A DNA stretch of 64,000 bases. Origin: Octopus sinensis (Eukaryota). Location of the stretch: the NCBI RefSeq assembly GCF_006345805.1, contig NC_043001.1:65038001-65102000 (forward strand). The letters are read 5' to 3'. Below are positions 38,086-50,949 of the stretch, in pieces. Within the stretch, counting starts at the first letter, position 1, and each line of letters begins with the position of its first letter. Both the position numbers and the translations under genes were made by a program. Below the pieces are notes generated by a model. That model saw only the letters and a list, made by a program, of their open reading frames with translations, made no database searches and had not been told where the DNA came from.

Positions 38086-39377
38086 CGAGGGATGTTCAAT
38101 AAGTAATCCCCCTGACCCACTTGCAGTTGTTTGATCTAGCTGAAATTGTGCATGTGCAATTATTTATATCTCTTTAGATTAAGTGGCAAATTACAGCTCT
38201 GAACTAATTGTGGTTTCTGATTTACAGGTGTTTGAACTGAGTCAAGTGTGAAATGGAGCCTGTTGAGTGTTGAGCAGTGATCCGGTTTTTGTATTTGAAA
38301 GGACGCACACCACGGGAGACTTTTGCTGAAATGAAAGTAACTTATGGTGATGATGCCCCATCATATGACCTTGTAAAACGCTGGCATCGTGAATTCAAAC
38401 ATGGTCGGAACTCTGTGGAAACAGCTCCCAGATCTGGTCGCCTCCTTTCTGCCATTGATGAGGCATCTGTCCGTCAAGTTGAGGCTGCCATTTTGGAAGA
38501 TCGATGCATAACAATTCGCCAAATAGCCCATCAGGTCAAGATTAGTACCGGGTCTGTGGAAACTATCATTCATGACCATTTGCATATGCAAAAGGTGTCT
38601 GCCAGATGGATTCCCAGGTTGTTCACACCTTTCCAGAAGCAAGAACGCGTCGAGTGCTCGAGGATGAATTTGGAGATGTGCCAAGAAGATGAGTCAAAAT
38701 TTTTCAAAAGACTGATTACACAGGATGAAAGCTGGGTCCATCACTATGATCCAGAGACCAAAGCCCAGTCAATGCAGTGGAAGCTCCGTGACTCACCTCC
38801 TCCAAAGAAGGCAAGGGTGCAACCCTTTGCTGGCAAGGTCATGCTCACAGTCTTCTGGGACCAGGACGGAGTAGTGATGACAGATTTCCTGGCAAAGGGT
38901 GCCACAATTACAGGAACCTATTATGCTTCACTTTTGAGGAAATTAAGAGAAGCTATCAAAATCAAGAGGCGGGGCAAGATCAGCAAAGGCATTCTCCTCC
39001 TGCAGGACAACGCTCCGATCCACAACTCGCGTGTCGCCAGATCAGAAGCACAGGCGTGCGGCTATGAACTCCTCCCCCATCCCCCCTACTCTCCTGACCT
39101 TGCACCCTCTGATTTTCACCTCTACTCATCCATGAAGTTGTTTTTGAAAGGAAAGCGTTTCCCAGATGATGCAGCCTTGATTTCTGAATTCACGTCGTGG
39201 TTGGAGGACCAAGCTAAGGTCTTCTACAAAACGGTCTCCAGAGCTGCATCAAACGATGGGAGAAATACGTAACTCTGGGTGGTTCCTATGTAGAAAAAGA
39301 CTAATAACTGTGCTAAGTTTCGTTGCTCTACTCCTATGGGAAGTGGGTCAGGGGCATTACTTATTGAACGGCCCTCT
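38086..39377 (+). mobile_element. Full-length mariner (1292 bp) with a near-intact D34D transposase
   Basis: TIRs CGAGGGATGTTCAATAAGTAATCCCCCTGACCCA / TGGGTCAGGGGCATTACTTATTGAACGGCCCTCT with TA on both sides. ATG 38253, TGA at codon 7, WIPRL, TQDESW, QDNAP, YSPDLAPSD, 1-nt deletion near 39228, true stop 39302-04. Confidence 0.95.
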
Positions 39378-40289
39378 TATAATAAGAGGTACAAATGAGA
39401 ATTCATAGTCAGGGTGCAAGAGCTGTCATTTTCACATTAATTCACCATAAATGTTTTCTTTTTCTTAGACTTTTGATTGTACATTCACGTCCACTGGATG
39501 TGAATGTATGTATGTATGTATGTATTTATAGATGGATGGATGCATGCATACATGCATGTATGCTCTTTCTCTTTTTAATTTAGAGTAAATTTTGACCAGC
39601 CACCTACTTGGTAACAAGGTTGTGAAGGATAGCATCTTGTTTTGTTCATCATCCTTTAAATCTTAAGGTCTTGCAGATTTTTATTGTTCCAGATATTGTG
39701 ATCATTTGTAGTGTGTGTGTGTGTGCGCGTGCGTGTAAAACCTCATTTGATAACAAAGGGTCTCTACCTCAGAGTGAAGGGCAGATTGAACTGTATGATG
39801 TTTAATGTATGAAATATAATGCTGCATGGTAGAGAATTTGTAAAGACTGACAAAAAATGAAGCAAGTTTTAATGACCATGTAATGTTATCTACAGAATGG
39901 CAAAGTACAAATAAGCCAAGAAAAAAACTGGATGTAAGGGGAATTAGATATAAGGTGCAATGGAGAAGACTGTATTAGTATGGGCTTGTGATGTGTATAG
40001 AAGAGCACAGCTGTATAAAGAAGTGTTGTGGAAGAGAGCCAGACTGAAGAAGCTTTGGAATGAAATGGTAAAGATTTATCTCAAGGTGTTGTGGGGTCAG
40101 AAGTTTGCTTCATAACTACATGTTTTGGGTTCAGTCCCACTGCATGGCACCTTGGGTGTCTTCTACACACCCCTGCTTTAGAGCCTCATTTTTACTTAGA
40201 TCACCGGGTTTTCTCATGCACAGCAAATTGTCACTCATCTCAATCTTTTGTCATATCGTTGGTAAGGCTCAACATCTGAAATTAATTTT

Positions 40290-43200
40290 TTACATTATAC
40301 AATGTCATCCTGGGTTTCCTTTTTCACAGGTTCCATCCAAACTCAGTGATCAGCACTTCTGTATGCAGCTGTCCTCATCATATGCATCACATGACCACAG
40401 TCTTTTCTTCTGCCCACTACATCTGATGTCTCTTATGCCCAGTTTCTCTCTTTGCACATACTTTGTTGTACATGCTGCACAGTCAGTGGAACATGCTAAT
40501 TTTGTTTGTGTCATGCCTTTACTTGTCTGCAGCATCCACAGCCCACATCTCACTACCATGTAGCATTACTGTTCCTGCACAAGTATCATACAATGTTCCT
40601 TTCATTCTGAGAGAGAGAGAGAGAGAGACCTTTGTTGCCAACAGAGGTAATAGCTCTCTGAATTTCCTCCGTCCTATTCTTATTGTAGCAGCTATACTTT
40701 CAGAACTATTTCCTCTGCTGCTAATCAGATCACCTAGGTAACAAAAGTGTCTACTACTTCTAAGGTTCCTTCTGGTCATTCAAGGAAATCTATTCCCTCT
40801 TCATTCATATTGTATTCATGTGTATTGCTCTTAGGAATCTTCTGCACACAAAGTCCAAAGTCTGCTTTCTCTATTAACCTTCCTATGATTGCCCTGCACC
40901 TCTTATGTTTACAGTTGATACACCATATGGAATTTCTACCTACACCTTTTCTACATATTGAGCAGGGCCATTTTCCTGAAGGGATTAGTGATTTGCCTAT
41001 TTTCTTGCTTACTAGAACTTTGGTCTTTGCTAAGTTATCTTTAAGGCCCTTTAATTCTAGGTTTTGCTTCTACACCCGAAATTTCTTTCTTATTCTACTA
41101 TAGATTTGGCTATAAGAACAAGGTTATCAACAGTCTCAAACTCTTCTGTTATAGCCTGGAGGTCTATGCTAAATAAGAGGTGATTGAGAATCAAGCCATA
41201 GTGAACTACTAAAATTCATTATTATACTTATTAAATTCATTACTATACTCATTTCTAACTCTCACCTTACTGACAACACCTCTATACATTGTTTCGATGG
41301 CTCTCACCAGCCATTCATGTATCTATCCTAAACTTCTGCAGTGACTACCAGATGAGTGAGCAAGAGACCTTGTCTCCATGTCAACAAATACCAAGAGTAC
41401 AGTGCTTTATTTTTGGTTAAATGCTTCTCCTGCAGTTGCCTTACTGTGAAGAGAGCATCAGTATTACTTCTCCCTGATACAATCTGCATCTTATCTATGT
41501 TAGCTCTCTTCTTAATTAGTTGGGCTATAACCCTTTCTGTGACTGTCATGACCTGGTCTAGCAATTTGATACTTCTATAATTACTTCTCTCTAAGGCATC
41601 ACCTTTATCCTTGTAACAGTTGATTCACTAGGCAATAAAGGTTTTGTTACAGAAGACTAAGTAGGTGTTCCTTGCTAATTTTGGTATGCTGGTTTCAAAT
41701 CTATAATTAGATTTTTCTATCATGTCTAAATTTTGAGGAAAATGCAAGTCACTTAATAAAATTTCCTACTGCATCTAGATTATCGTTGCCGTTGCTGCCG
41801 CCACGGGTCGGACAGTTTTGACTGAGGTCTAGAGAGCCAGTGGCTGCACCAATCTGATCTGGCAATGTTTCTACAGCTGGATGCCCTTCCTAACGCCAAC
41901 CACTCTGAGAGTGTAGTGGGTTCTTTTTATATGCCACCGGCACAGGAGCCAGGCAGGCAATACTGGCATTGGCCATGATTTGTTGGTGCTTTTTATGTGC
42001 CACTGGCATTGGAACCAGTCAGGTGGATCTGGCATCGACCACGTTCGGATGGTGCTGGTTTTAATATGAAACTTGCCCTTCAAGGTCATAGCAATTTTTA
42101 TTCGCCAACTATATACAAACTCTATCAATTTTGATCAATAAAATTTATCCCAAGTTGGAAACACTAAGTCAGGAGCATAGTAACAGCTCAATAGTCTGTT
42201 GCTACATGAAGAAAGTCAAGTAGACTGGTTTTTGAAGAAAGTAGTTCATCTGGAGATTCTGCTAGTGATATAGAAATAGGGAAAGATGGTGTATATGTTC
42301 CAGATGCAACTAGTTCCTCACATTTATTAAGTCAAGTGGATGTTAAATGACTTAGTGCTGCACAATTTGGAATTACCAAAAGAAAAGGCAGAGTTACTTG
42401 GTTTCTAGATTCAAGAATGGAATTTCCTCCTGCCAAATACCAAAGTTTCCCATTTCCACCAAAGCTATCTGCAGTTTTCATCATTTTACTTACAGAAGGT
42501 AAACCTCTGTTTCTGCCACAACCTCAGTGGTCTGATGGAAAGGATTGACTTTCACTATGATCCAAAAGAATGGAGACTGTTCATTGACTCTAGTAAAGCT
42601 GACCTTAAAGCTGTATTACTGCACAATGGCAATGAAAAACCTTCAATACCTTTAGCACATGCCACTGGCCTTAATGAGACTTATGAACCAATAGAACTGC
42701 TGCTAAGACTCATCAAAATATAAGGACCACATATGTAATATTTGTGGTGACTCTAAAGTTATTACTTTTTGGGTTACAGTTGGGCTACACAAAACATATG
42801 TATGTGTTAAGGATTGAACAGAAAGACTACAACAAGGAGAAAAAGTTAAATGAAAGCAGAGCAAATGGGAAACTAGATGAAAACTAAATGGACGGGAAAT
42901 TAGACAAAGACATGATACAAGGAATATTTACAGTTTAGTTTTCCTCTTCAGTCAATGATGCAAAATATCATAGCAGTTTCGTGCCATGTCTATAGAATAA
43001 CAGAGATGACCAGAACAAAAAATATGATCAGCCATCTAGAATATGTTGTTAGTAAAGAAAATGTGAAACACCCAGCATTTATTGACCCTCAGAAAGTACA
43101 TCTTCCATTACTTCACATTAAACTGGCTTTATAAAAAAGTTTGTGTAGGGTATGGATTATTAAGGTAGTGGTTTCCAATATTTAAAGGGATATTGACAGG

Positions 43201-45050
43201 TGCTAAGCTAGAAGCTGGAGTTTTCACTGGACTACAAATGCACAGTGTTCTCCATGACTCATTGTTTCCATCTAATCTAAATGATACATATTTTGTTGAA
43301 ATTGTCAAAACTTTTCTTGGAAACCACAAAGCTGAAAACCACCATGAACTCATAGAAAACATGCTTAAATCTTATGAAAAAATGGAATGCAGAGTGTCTT
43401 TGAAAATGGATTTTTTAGATTCTCATCTTGACTTCTTCCTAGCCAACCTTGGGGCTGTGAGTGACGAGCATGGTGAATGCTTCCACTACCAGATCTCAAT
43501 TATGGGAAACAGATACCAAAGTAATTTCAACTCAAATATGATGGGAGATTATTGTAGGTTCCAGCAGAAGGAGAGTTTGTCATCCTACACATGGCAAAAG
43601 AAGAGGAAACACTAAAGTTTCACTTAAGGACAGGAAGTTGCCTTTCGGTAGTAACAACAAAATACTAATGCGCTTTGGATGGATGGCTGGACACTGGGGT
43701 GGTAACTCTGCCAAGCAGAATTCCATTGTCTGTTCTAAGCTGGAAAAAGGAGGAAAGACATCTCTATTCACTAATTATTTAAGTTTGATTGCTTAACATA
43801 AAATGTGGCATGGAAAAGTTGCTTAGATGGCTTTCATAATAGGAGTGAGTGAGAAAAAATGAAAAATAGGGGATTTTGGCTATACAAAATCTGCACATGA
43901 TAGAGAAATTTAGATATCAGATCTGGAATTAGCATCAGAAATTTAGTAGGAATCAGTAGTTTGTATGTCTGTAACAAAAAAAAGTTGAAATTTGTTACCT
44001 AGTGTTATAATACTGCTACATCAGTTATTGGGTATGATACCTTCCTGTACAACTTAATTAGTTATATGGGTGACATCATCTTGGCAGTAATTACTGATGG
44101 ACCAGAGGCTTTTCCTGTCTTCATATCCTTCACTACTTTATCTATCATACTGCTGTCAATTCAGCTGGTCTCTCTGTTTGGTCCAGTAGGAAATCTGTCT
44201 TTCTCCCATGCATTACCCTCATTTAGTAGCTTTCCATTGTTGCCTCTTTCTTTTCAAAATCATTAAGTGCAAGTGTATCATTATCCAACTGTATGCACTT
44301 CTCTCCCACAACTTCATGATTTTCTCAAGCACACTGTCTTGCAATGGAGAAAACCTCATGCCAGAACATTGGCAAACTTCTTCCTTTCTATTTCTTTCAT
44401 TGCTAGATTGACCTGTCAGCTAGCCTAGCTTCTCTTTGAACTACCTGGCATATTTTTCTGCTACTCCATTGTTCCATTCTGTCCAGGCCTGTCTCTTTAC
44501 ATTTATGGCTTTGTCAGCTTCCCTGTTCCATCCTCATATCACCTTTGGTCTGACTGGAACATTGCATCAGCCACAGATTTGGTCTGTTGCCCTCTATAGG
44601 TTGTCCTGATGAAACTATGAGTTAAATGTTTCAATTTATACATCCCTAAATTTCTGACTGTTCACTGGATCTTTAAATTTCCAGAACTTCCTTTTCTTAA
44701 GTGGTTTGTGTCTCTGAGTCCTTTAAGCTCTTAATCTGAAGTCACTAGCTATTAATCTATGCTAGGTTATACATTGCTCATCCAAGAAGCAAGCAACTTT
44801 CTGTAATGAATCTGCCTTGTGTGCCCACATGATTGATAGGTGATCTGGTGATTGGCTGGTTTCTTGAAGTTCATGTCACAGGTCATCAGAACATTTGCAT
44901 CAGAGAACTATAAGAGTTTTGTTCTCTCCTCATTTCTAGGATGGTTATTACTTGGATGCTGCCCAGCATGTCCATTGAAGTTATCAGCCATGAATATGAG
45001 GTCACTATCATTTATCATCAAAGTAATCTGTAAAATTGCCTCATAGAATT
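40290..45050 (-). mobile_element. Decayed RTE LINE split by the Chapaev-like insertion (pieces 40290-41625 and 44005-45050)
   Basis: SGRSNTDALFTVRQLQEKH, YLGDLISS, GTVMLHGSEMW. The reading IIPNN*CSSII|INCYKDKGDA is restored across the insertion. Confidence 0.85.
41626..44004 (+). mobile_element. CMC-superfamily (Chapaev-3-like) DNA transposon, decayed
   Basis: Ends CACTAGG.../...CCTAGTG with about 110-bp imperfect TIRs. Transposase fragments EWRLFIDSSKADLKAVLLHNGN, ICGDSKV, SLKMDFLDSHLDFF..NLGAVSDEHGECF. The family label comes from recalled motifs. Confidence 0.7.
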
Positions 45051-45484
45051 AGCCCTTGTAATACATGTGTGTGTGTGTGTGGGGGGGGGGTTGTGTTATA
45101 TATATGTATATGCATGCATGCACGCACATACACACACACATGTATAGGCATGGTTGTATGGATAAGAAGTTTACTTAACTAACCATTTGAGCTCAGGTTC
45201 AGTCCTACTGTGCAGTACTTTGGGCAAGTGTCATCCTCCAGGCCTTTTGTTATTGACATCCATCATTCACTTTTAGCATTACTCATCTCAGTTACTGTTC
45301 ACCACCGTTCCACCCCTATATCACTATATCACACTCTCACCCACTCTAATCACACTGATACTCCCTCCACCTACCTATTCTGGTTCCCCATCTGTCATTT
45401 CTCTCTCTTCTATTCACCTCCACAGCCATTTACTACAAGTTTTAGTATCTAATGTGTTTAATTGACAATTTCTGTTTGTTGTAG

Positions 45485-45548
45485 TTTGACAAAGCTTGTT
45501 GTGAAAGAAGACAGAATCTGCAACAACAAGAACTGCAGATGCAACAAG
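45485..45548 (+). CDS. KIAA1549-like: Exon 7 in window (64 nt; not in ORF track)
   Basis: Acceptor ttctgtttgttgtag, donor G|gtacca, phase 0 to 1. FDKACCERRQNLQQQELQMQQ. Confidence 0.6.
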
Positions 45549-47017
45549 GTACCAAACAACAGTATTTTCCTATATGAAACATCATTGTTCTCTTCACTTC
45601 TATAACTAGAGTGCTTTCACATCATTCTTACATCATAAAATATATAATACTTTTATTGGAGGTGATGGATGTCAGTATGTTAAATATTATTATTATTAAT
45701 ATTTGTTTTCATTTATTGATATTCAAGGCTATTAACTTCATCTTTAGAAATATTTTCAATATTTACGTCTACACCTACTTAGTGTAGATATAATTTTGGT
45801 TTCAAATCTTGGTATAAGGCCAGCAAGTTTGAGGAAATGGTGATGTCAATTATATCGACCCAAGTGTTCAACCGATACTTATTTTATCGACCCCAAAAGT
45901 ATGAGAGGCAAAGTTGATCTTGGTGGAATTTGAACTTAGAACATGAAGGCCGATGAAATATCTTTGTGTGGATATGATATTGCAAACATTAAAGATGAGG
46001 ATAAAAGTCCAGTAAATTATAATTTTTAATGATCGGATCATAATGATTTATCTAAGATATTTTATGATTAACAATTTTATCATTCTTGTGTTGTAATATC
46101 ATTGATATTGTTTATGATATCCAGTATCATAATATAGTTAAAAGGTGGTGAGCTGGCAGAACCGTTAGCACACAGAGAAAAATGCTTTGTGGTATTTTGT
46201 ATATCATTGCATTGTGTTCAAATTCTGCTGAGGTCAACTTTGTATTTCATTCATTCAGGGTCGAAAGAATAAGTACCTGTTGAGCACTGGGGTCAATGTA
46301 ATTAACTTAACCCTCCCCCATAATTATTGACTTTGTGTCAAAATTTGGAATCAGTATTACAATATAGTTAAGATGAGTGAGCTGTGTGCTTTTAGCTCAA
46401 AATGTCTCGTGAGAGACTTTGTAATAAAATATTACAACTAGCACCATTCTATGTTTGTATAGACGTTATAAATGCTATACACATTGTTACATAAAATATT
46501 AATATTATCCAGTAACATTCAATTATTTTAAGTCTTCTATTATCTGTTTTCTCTTGATTGTGACAGATGTCTGTTAGCCACGACTGCTATCTCATAAATT
46601 GTGTGGGTGCATGTTTTAAAATGTATAACTGAAAACAAAAAAGGTAGATGTGCTTGTTGAGGCTGGTTGTAGAAAATGGGATACTTAAGGGTTAAGTGTT
46701 CTATCTTTAAGATAGGACATTTAAACCTTGGCTATATCTATTTTACATAAATATTTTAAACTGTAACTGTATTTATGTAATTAAAGAAATCTTTGGGATT
46801 CTTTCTTATCCTGAATTAAATCTAGCAACAGTTGGCAGATGGTGGCAGTAGAATGGTTATTTTCTGAAGAAGCATGGTACTTAGTAACTTCCAATATGGA
46901 GAGTTTTGACCAAGATTCTCAAACTTTAACTATTTTATTCAGAAGTGAACCTTAAGCAATCTTTTTTTATATGAGATATTCTATAAAACGAATTAGCTTT
47001 CTATGTTTTATTTTCAG

Positions 47018-47135
47018 ATTTATCTCCAAATGAATTATATATTAATCTGAATGCTGAGTGTGAAGAGATTGGCTGTGCAGAATGTAACAGAAGCAATTAC
47101 ACTAGGAAAAATAAAAGAAAAGTGTTTAAACAAAG
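47018..47135 (+). CDS. KIAA1549-like: Exon 8 in window (not in ORF track in this frame)
   Basis: Acceptor gttttattttcag, donor AG|gtaaat, phase 1 to 2. DLSPNELYINLNAECEEIGCAECNRSNYTRKNKRKVFKQ. Confidence 0.6.
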
Positions 47136-47737
47136 GTAAATATTACTTTCAGCTTTGGCATTTCTACAATATCAATTCATATAGATGGAGATCAATATTA
47201 ATTTCAAATTATTTTCTCCATCTTTATGTTCTGAGTTCAAAAACTGCTGGGATCAACTTTGTTTTTCCTCCTTTCAGGGTTGGTAAAATAAGTACCAGTT
47301 GAACTCAAAGAGGCACAACCAGGTCAAAACACTGGTGTTTCAAAGTCCCTTTATGTAGATGTATTGAGTGTGTTGTCAACACACATTGTCTGACAGGTGA
47401 TCTCTAAAGAGACGAAATACAATAACAACTAACATATTCATATTTGCCAGAATGTGTTAAGAATAAATATGTATGCCATTGTATTGATTCTCACTGTTTG
47501 ATTATTCATCATATATTTATTATCATAATAAAATTTAGATAACCATAATTTTTTATCTTCATAATATATGTGATTTAAATCTAATTTCCCCCAAAAGTAA
47601 TTAATTCATAAAAAAATTTGTATTACTTAGCCAAAGTATAAATGATAATTACAAAAAAAGACATTACCTTATACTGCAAGGTTCTGCTAGCTAGGAAACA
47701 TGTAGCTTGGATTCTACCTGCTCCATTCCCTGAATTT

Positions 47738-47791
<54 letters not shown>

Positions 47792-47982
47792 ATAGTTCAA
47801 TTATTGGGTATTCCATTTCAGATAATGCAAAAAGAACATAATGAGTATTTAAGATGGAAAACTCATGCTATTTATATGCACATCAAGAAATAATACTTGA
47901 GGATAAAACCAGTACAATAACAGGGTATAAAATATACTACCTTAATTAGCCCTTACTTGAGTTAATATTATAATTAGAAAGG

Positions 47983-48035
47983 AACTACATGTGTTTCTGT
48001 ATTGGAAGATCAGAATATATGTAATCATCAGATTT
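47983..48035 (-). ncRNA. Decayed hammerhead motif in PLE pLTR
   Basis: AAAT-CTGATGA-...-GAAA-CACATG-TA-GTT; stem II is poorly paired. Confidence 0.55.
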
Positions 48036-49455
48036 ATAATTCTACCAACATATGTTCAGGTTCATTTTTCAAAATATTGTTCAGCTATTTGAAATCACCA
48101 TAAAAATTAAGCGTTAAGTAAACATTACAAAATTAAGAATTAAAAATTATAAATTATAAATATAAATTAGCATACATATATCAAACTTAGAATGTCAGAT
48201 ATAGAATGTCTAATATAAAATTATAAATCAGAATGAAGAGGTCTGTGATTAAATATAAAATAATAAAGATACATATCCACTTGTGATAGGAATTAAGATG
48301 CCATTCAAAATGGTGATTAGAGGAAGTGAATATAGCAGAGCACTATTGGGAATTTATAGGTGATTAGTTCTAAGGAGGGGGTTATTCCACTATGCATAGT
48401 TTAAATTAAATTATCTGCTTCTGTTATTATATTCTATCCAACTATGTTGAGGGATATATGTAGTTTGTTATAATGTAATATTTCATAGTATTTAATTAAT
48501 CTATTTATTTAATTATTTATATAATCTATTCAATTACTGTATAAATCAAAAGTGTGTGGTGATGATATTGAAGTGGGTGGTGGTGTTCTGTATTTTATTT
48601 TATTGAAAGTAAAATTACTTTGGTGTCTACATTTAACTCCTCTTTCTTCGTATGTGTTTAGTAATTGGTCCGTAGACTGTAACAGTTCCATAAATTCTGT
48701 TATACATAATAAGCACATTTTATTCCCAATATTATAAGAGTGGGCTCTACCTATTATACTCCAACTAAGGGTGTACTCTCTTTTTCTAGATTTCAATTCC
48801 CATATATATTTACTTAATCCAGTGGACTTACTTAAATTGCGGTTTTTGAAAGTCTGGTAGTGTTGGGAGATTCTTTTTTAATTTCATTAGCTGTAGATCC
48901 TATATATACTTTATTTATATTTTTATTATTATTGTTCTTAGAAATTACTATGCATTTATAAATTACATTGTCAATATTACAATTATTAGAGAGCTTACAT
49001 TTAGTCTTATCATGACATGAACATTTATCTATATGGATTATGACTTCCATCACTAGAGGTTATATTATAGCTAGAGCTATTATTTATTGTGCTGTTATAA
49101 TAATTATTCAATTTCTTATTATTTATTGAGGAGATGATATTACCTACATTCCTTGATGTTGAGTAGCCCACTCTTATGGTTTTATTGGAAAATATATTAG
49201 AATAAATGTTGTCCCTTTTTAAAGACACTTTTACAATTTTTAGTATCTCCTTAGTCATCAGGTATACACCCTTTAGCATTACATGCATTTTAATATGGAG
49301 AATATATACCGTGTATTACACATCAGCGTATCGTGCAGTGGGGTCATGATTATAATATATTTATATATATTTATATAGAAATATACAAAATATAATTCTA
49401 AAATAGCTGAACAATGTTTTGAAAAATGAACATGAACATATGTTGGTAGAATTAT

Positions 49456-49509
49456 AAATCTGATGATTACATATATTCTGATCTTCCAATACAGAAACAC
49501 GTGTAGTTC
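49456..49509 (+). ncRNA. Hammerhead motif in the inverted PLE pLTR
   Basis: AAAT-CTGATGA-...-GAAA-CACGTG-TA-GTTC. Core intact, palindromic stem III ACACGTGT, weak stems I and II. Confidence 0.6.
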
Positions 49510-49888
49510 CTTTCTAATTATAATATTAACTCAAGTAAGGGCTAATTAAGGTAGTATATTTTATACCCTGTTATTGTACTGGTTTTATCCTCAAGTATTA
49601 TTTCTTGATGTGCATATAAATATCACGAGTTTTCCATCATAAATACTCATTATGTTCTTTTTGCATTATCTGAAATGGAATACTCACAAATCTATAGTTT
49701 GAAATCACAATAACTGAACTATTATTAATTTCTATTATTATATATTTTGTATATATAAATATATTATAATTATGACCCCACTGCACGATATGCTGATGTG
49801 GAATATACAGTAGATATTCTCCATATTAAATGCATGTAATGCTAAAGGGTGTTTACCTGATCGATTTGGAAATTCATTTTCCACATTA

Positions 49889-49929
<41 letters not shown>

Positions 49930-49932
<3 letters not shown>

Positions 49933-50240
49933 GGCGGTGCAATGGTCCAGTAGTTAGGGCAGTGGACTTGCGGTCGTGGGATTGCAGTTTTGATTCCCAG
50001 ACCAGGTGTTGTGAGTGTGTATTGAGTGAAAACCTAAAGCTCCGCAAGGCTTTGGCAGGAGGTGGTGGTAAACCCTGCAGTACTCTTTCACCACAACTTC
50101 CTCTCACCTTTTCTTCCTGTTTCTGTTGTACCTGTATTCCAAAGAGAACTACATTAAAGGTATACATGACTGTGGAGTGCTCAGCCACTTACACGTTAAT
50201 TTCACAAGCAGGCTGTTCTGTTGATCAGATCAACTCGTCG
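49930..50240 (+). mobile_element. tRNA-derived SINE of a second family
   Basis: Head TGGTCCAGTAGTTAGG...GTTTTGATTCCC with A/B boxes, followed by a non-tRNA body. Confidence 0.7.
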
Positions 50241-50949
50241 TCATAACCGACGGCGTGCCATGATATACATAATATAATATATAATCTTATTTTCTTATCT
50301 TATATCAGCTAATGTCTTACATTATAAAAGGAACACTGAACTCCGTCTGCCTGTCCATAACATCTTATTTCAGGAAAAACATTTGGAGGTAGGGGGAGGG
50401 ATAAGGGAAGGGAAAATGGGGAGGTAACTCATACTGTCCATGCTGTACGAGGCAAATTATACATAGCTTCAGTAATAATGACTGCATTATTGGTCAACCA
50501 GAGTATATAAGGTGAGAGGTCACCATATAATTTTGCTTTTTTTTTCCTAGAAAAAGAACTTTGACAAGGAATGTTGTTTATCTTGAAGTTATAGTATGAG
50601 ATATTCTTCAATGAATATACTTATTCTGTTGAATATGAAGAAAAGTATTCTAAATAAATGTTCAACAATATTCAAACTGTTACTAATTATCACCAACAAA
50701 ATTAATCTGAACCTTATTTGTACAATTTATGACTGTACAGGCATGATTTAGAAATATTTTTATACAGTTGTATAGTGATGGATTTGTACTAGTATTAAAA
50801 AATACATGAAAGAACTGTTTCTGACTACTTGTACAGGTGTCAAATGAGTTAAAATGAGACAGCTATATCACAAATGATGTAAAATATTTTCAAGATGATT
50901 TAAAAACTGAGTAAAGTTATTGGGTCTTCTACCAGTTCATGTTCCTAAT

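Larger units (their letters stand above)
47808..49856 (-). mobile_element. Penelope-like element with inverted pLTR and a second inverted duplication
   Basis: Minus-strand NIFSNKTIRVGYSTSRNVGNIISS; GIY-YIG CKLSNNCNIDNVIYKCIV...VYIGST; CLLCITE...KCRH. Inverted repeats 47808-48090/49401-49683 and 49262-49367/49752-49856. Confidence 0.88.

Noticed and set aside
42940-42995. CTGAAGA and GAAAC on the minus strand in the insert within the Chapaev-like element
   Set aside because: Wrong order for a type-I motif, and I could not pair convincing stems.
49930-50005. tRNA-like sequence
   Set aside because: No complete cloverleaf, and it continues into a SINE body, so it is a SINE head (likewise 20720 and 1500).
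50837-50910. Candidate exon after exon 8
   Set aside because: The stronger acceptor gives a stop after four codons; the open-frame acceptor (aatgagacag) lacks a pyrimidine tract. Not excluded, but unsupported.
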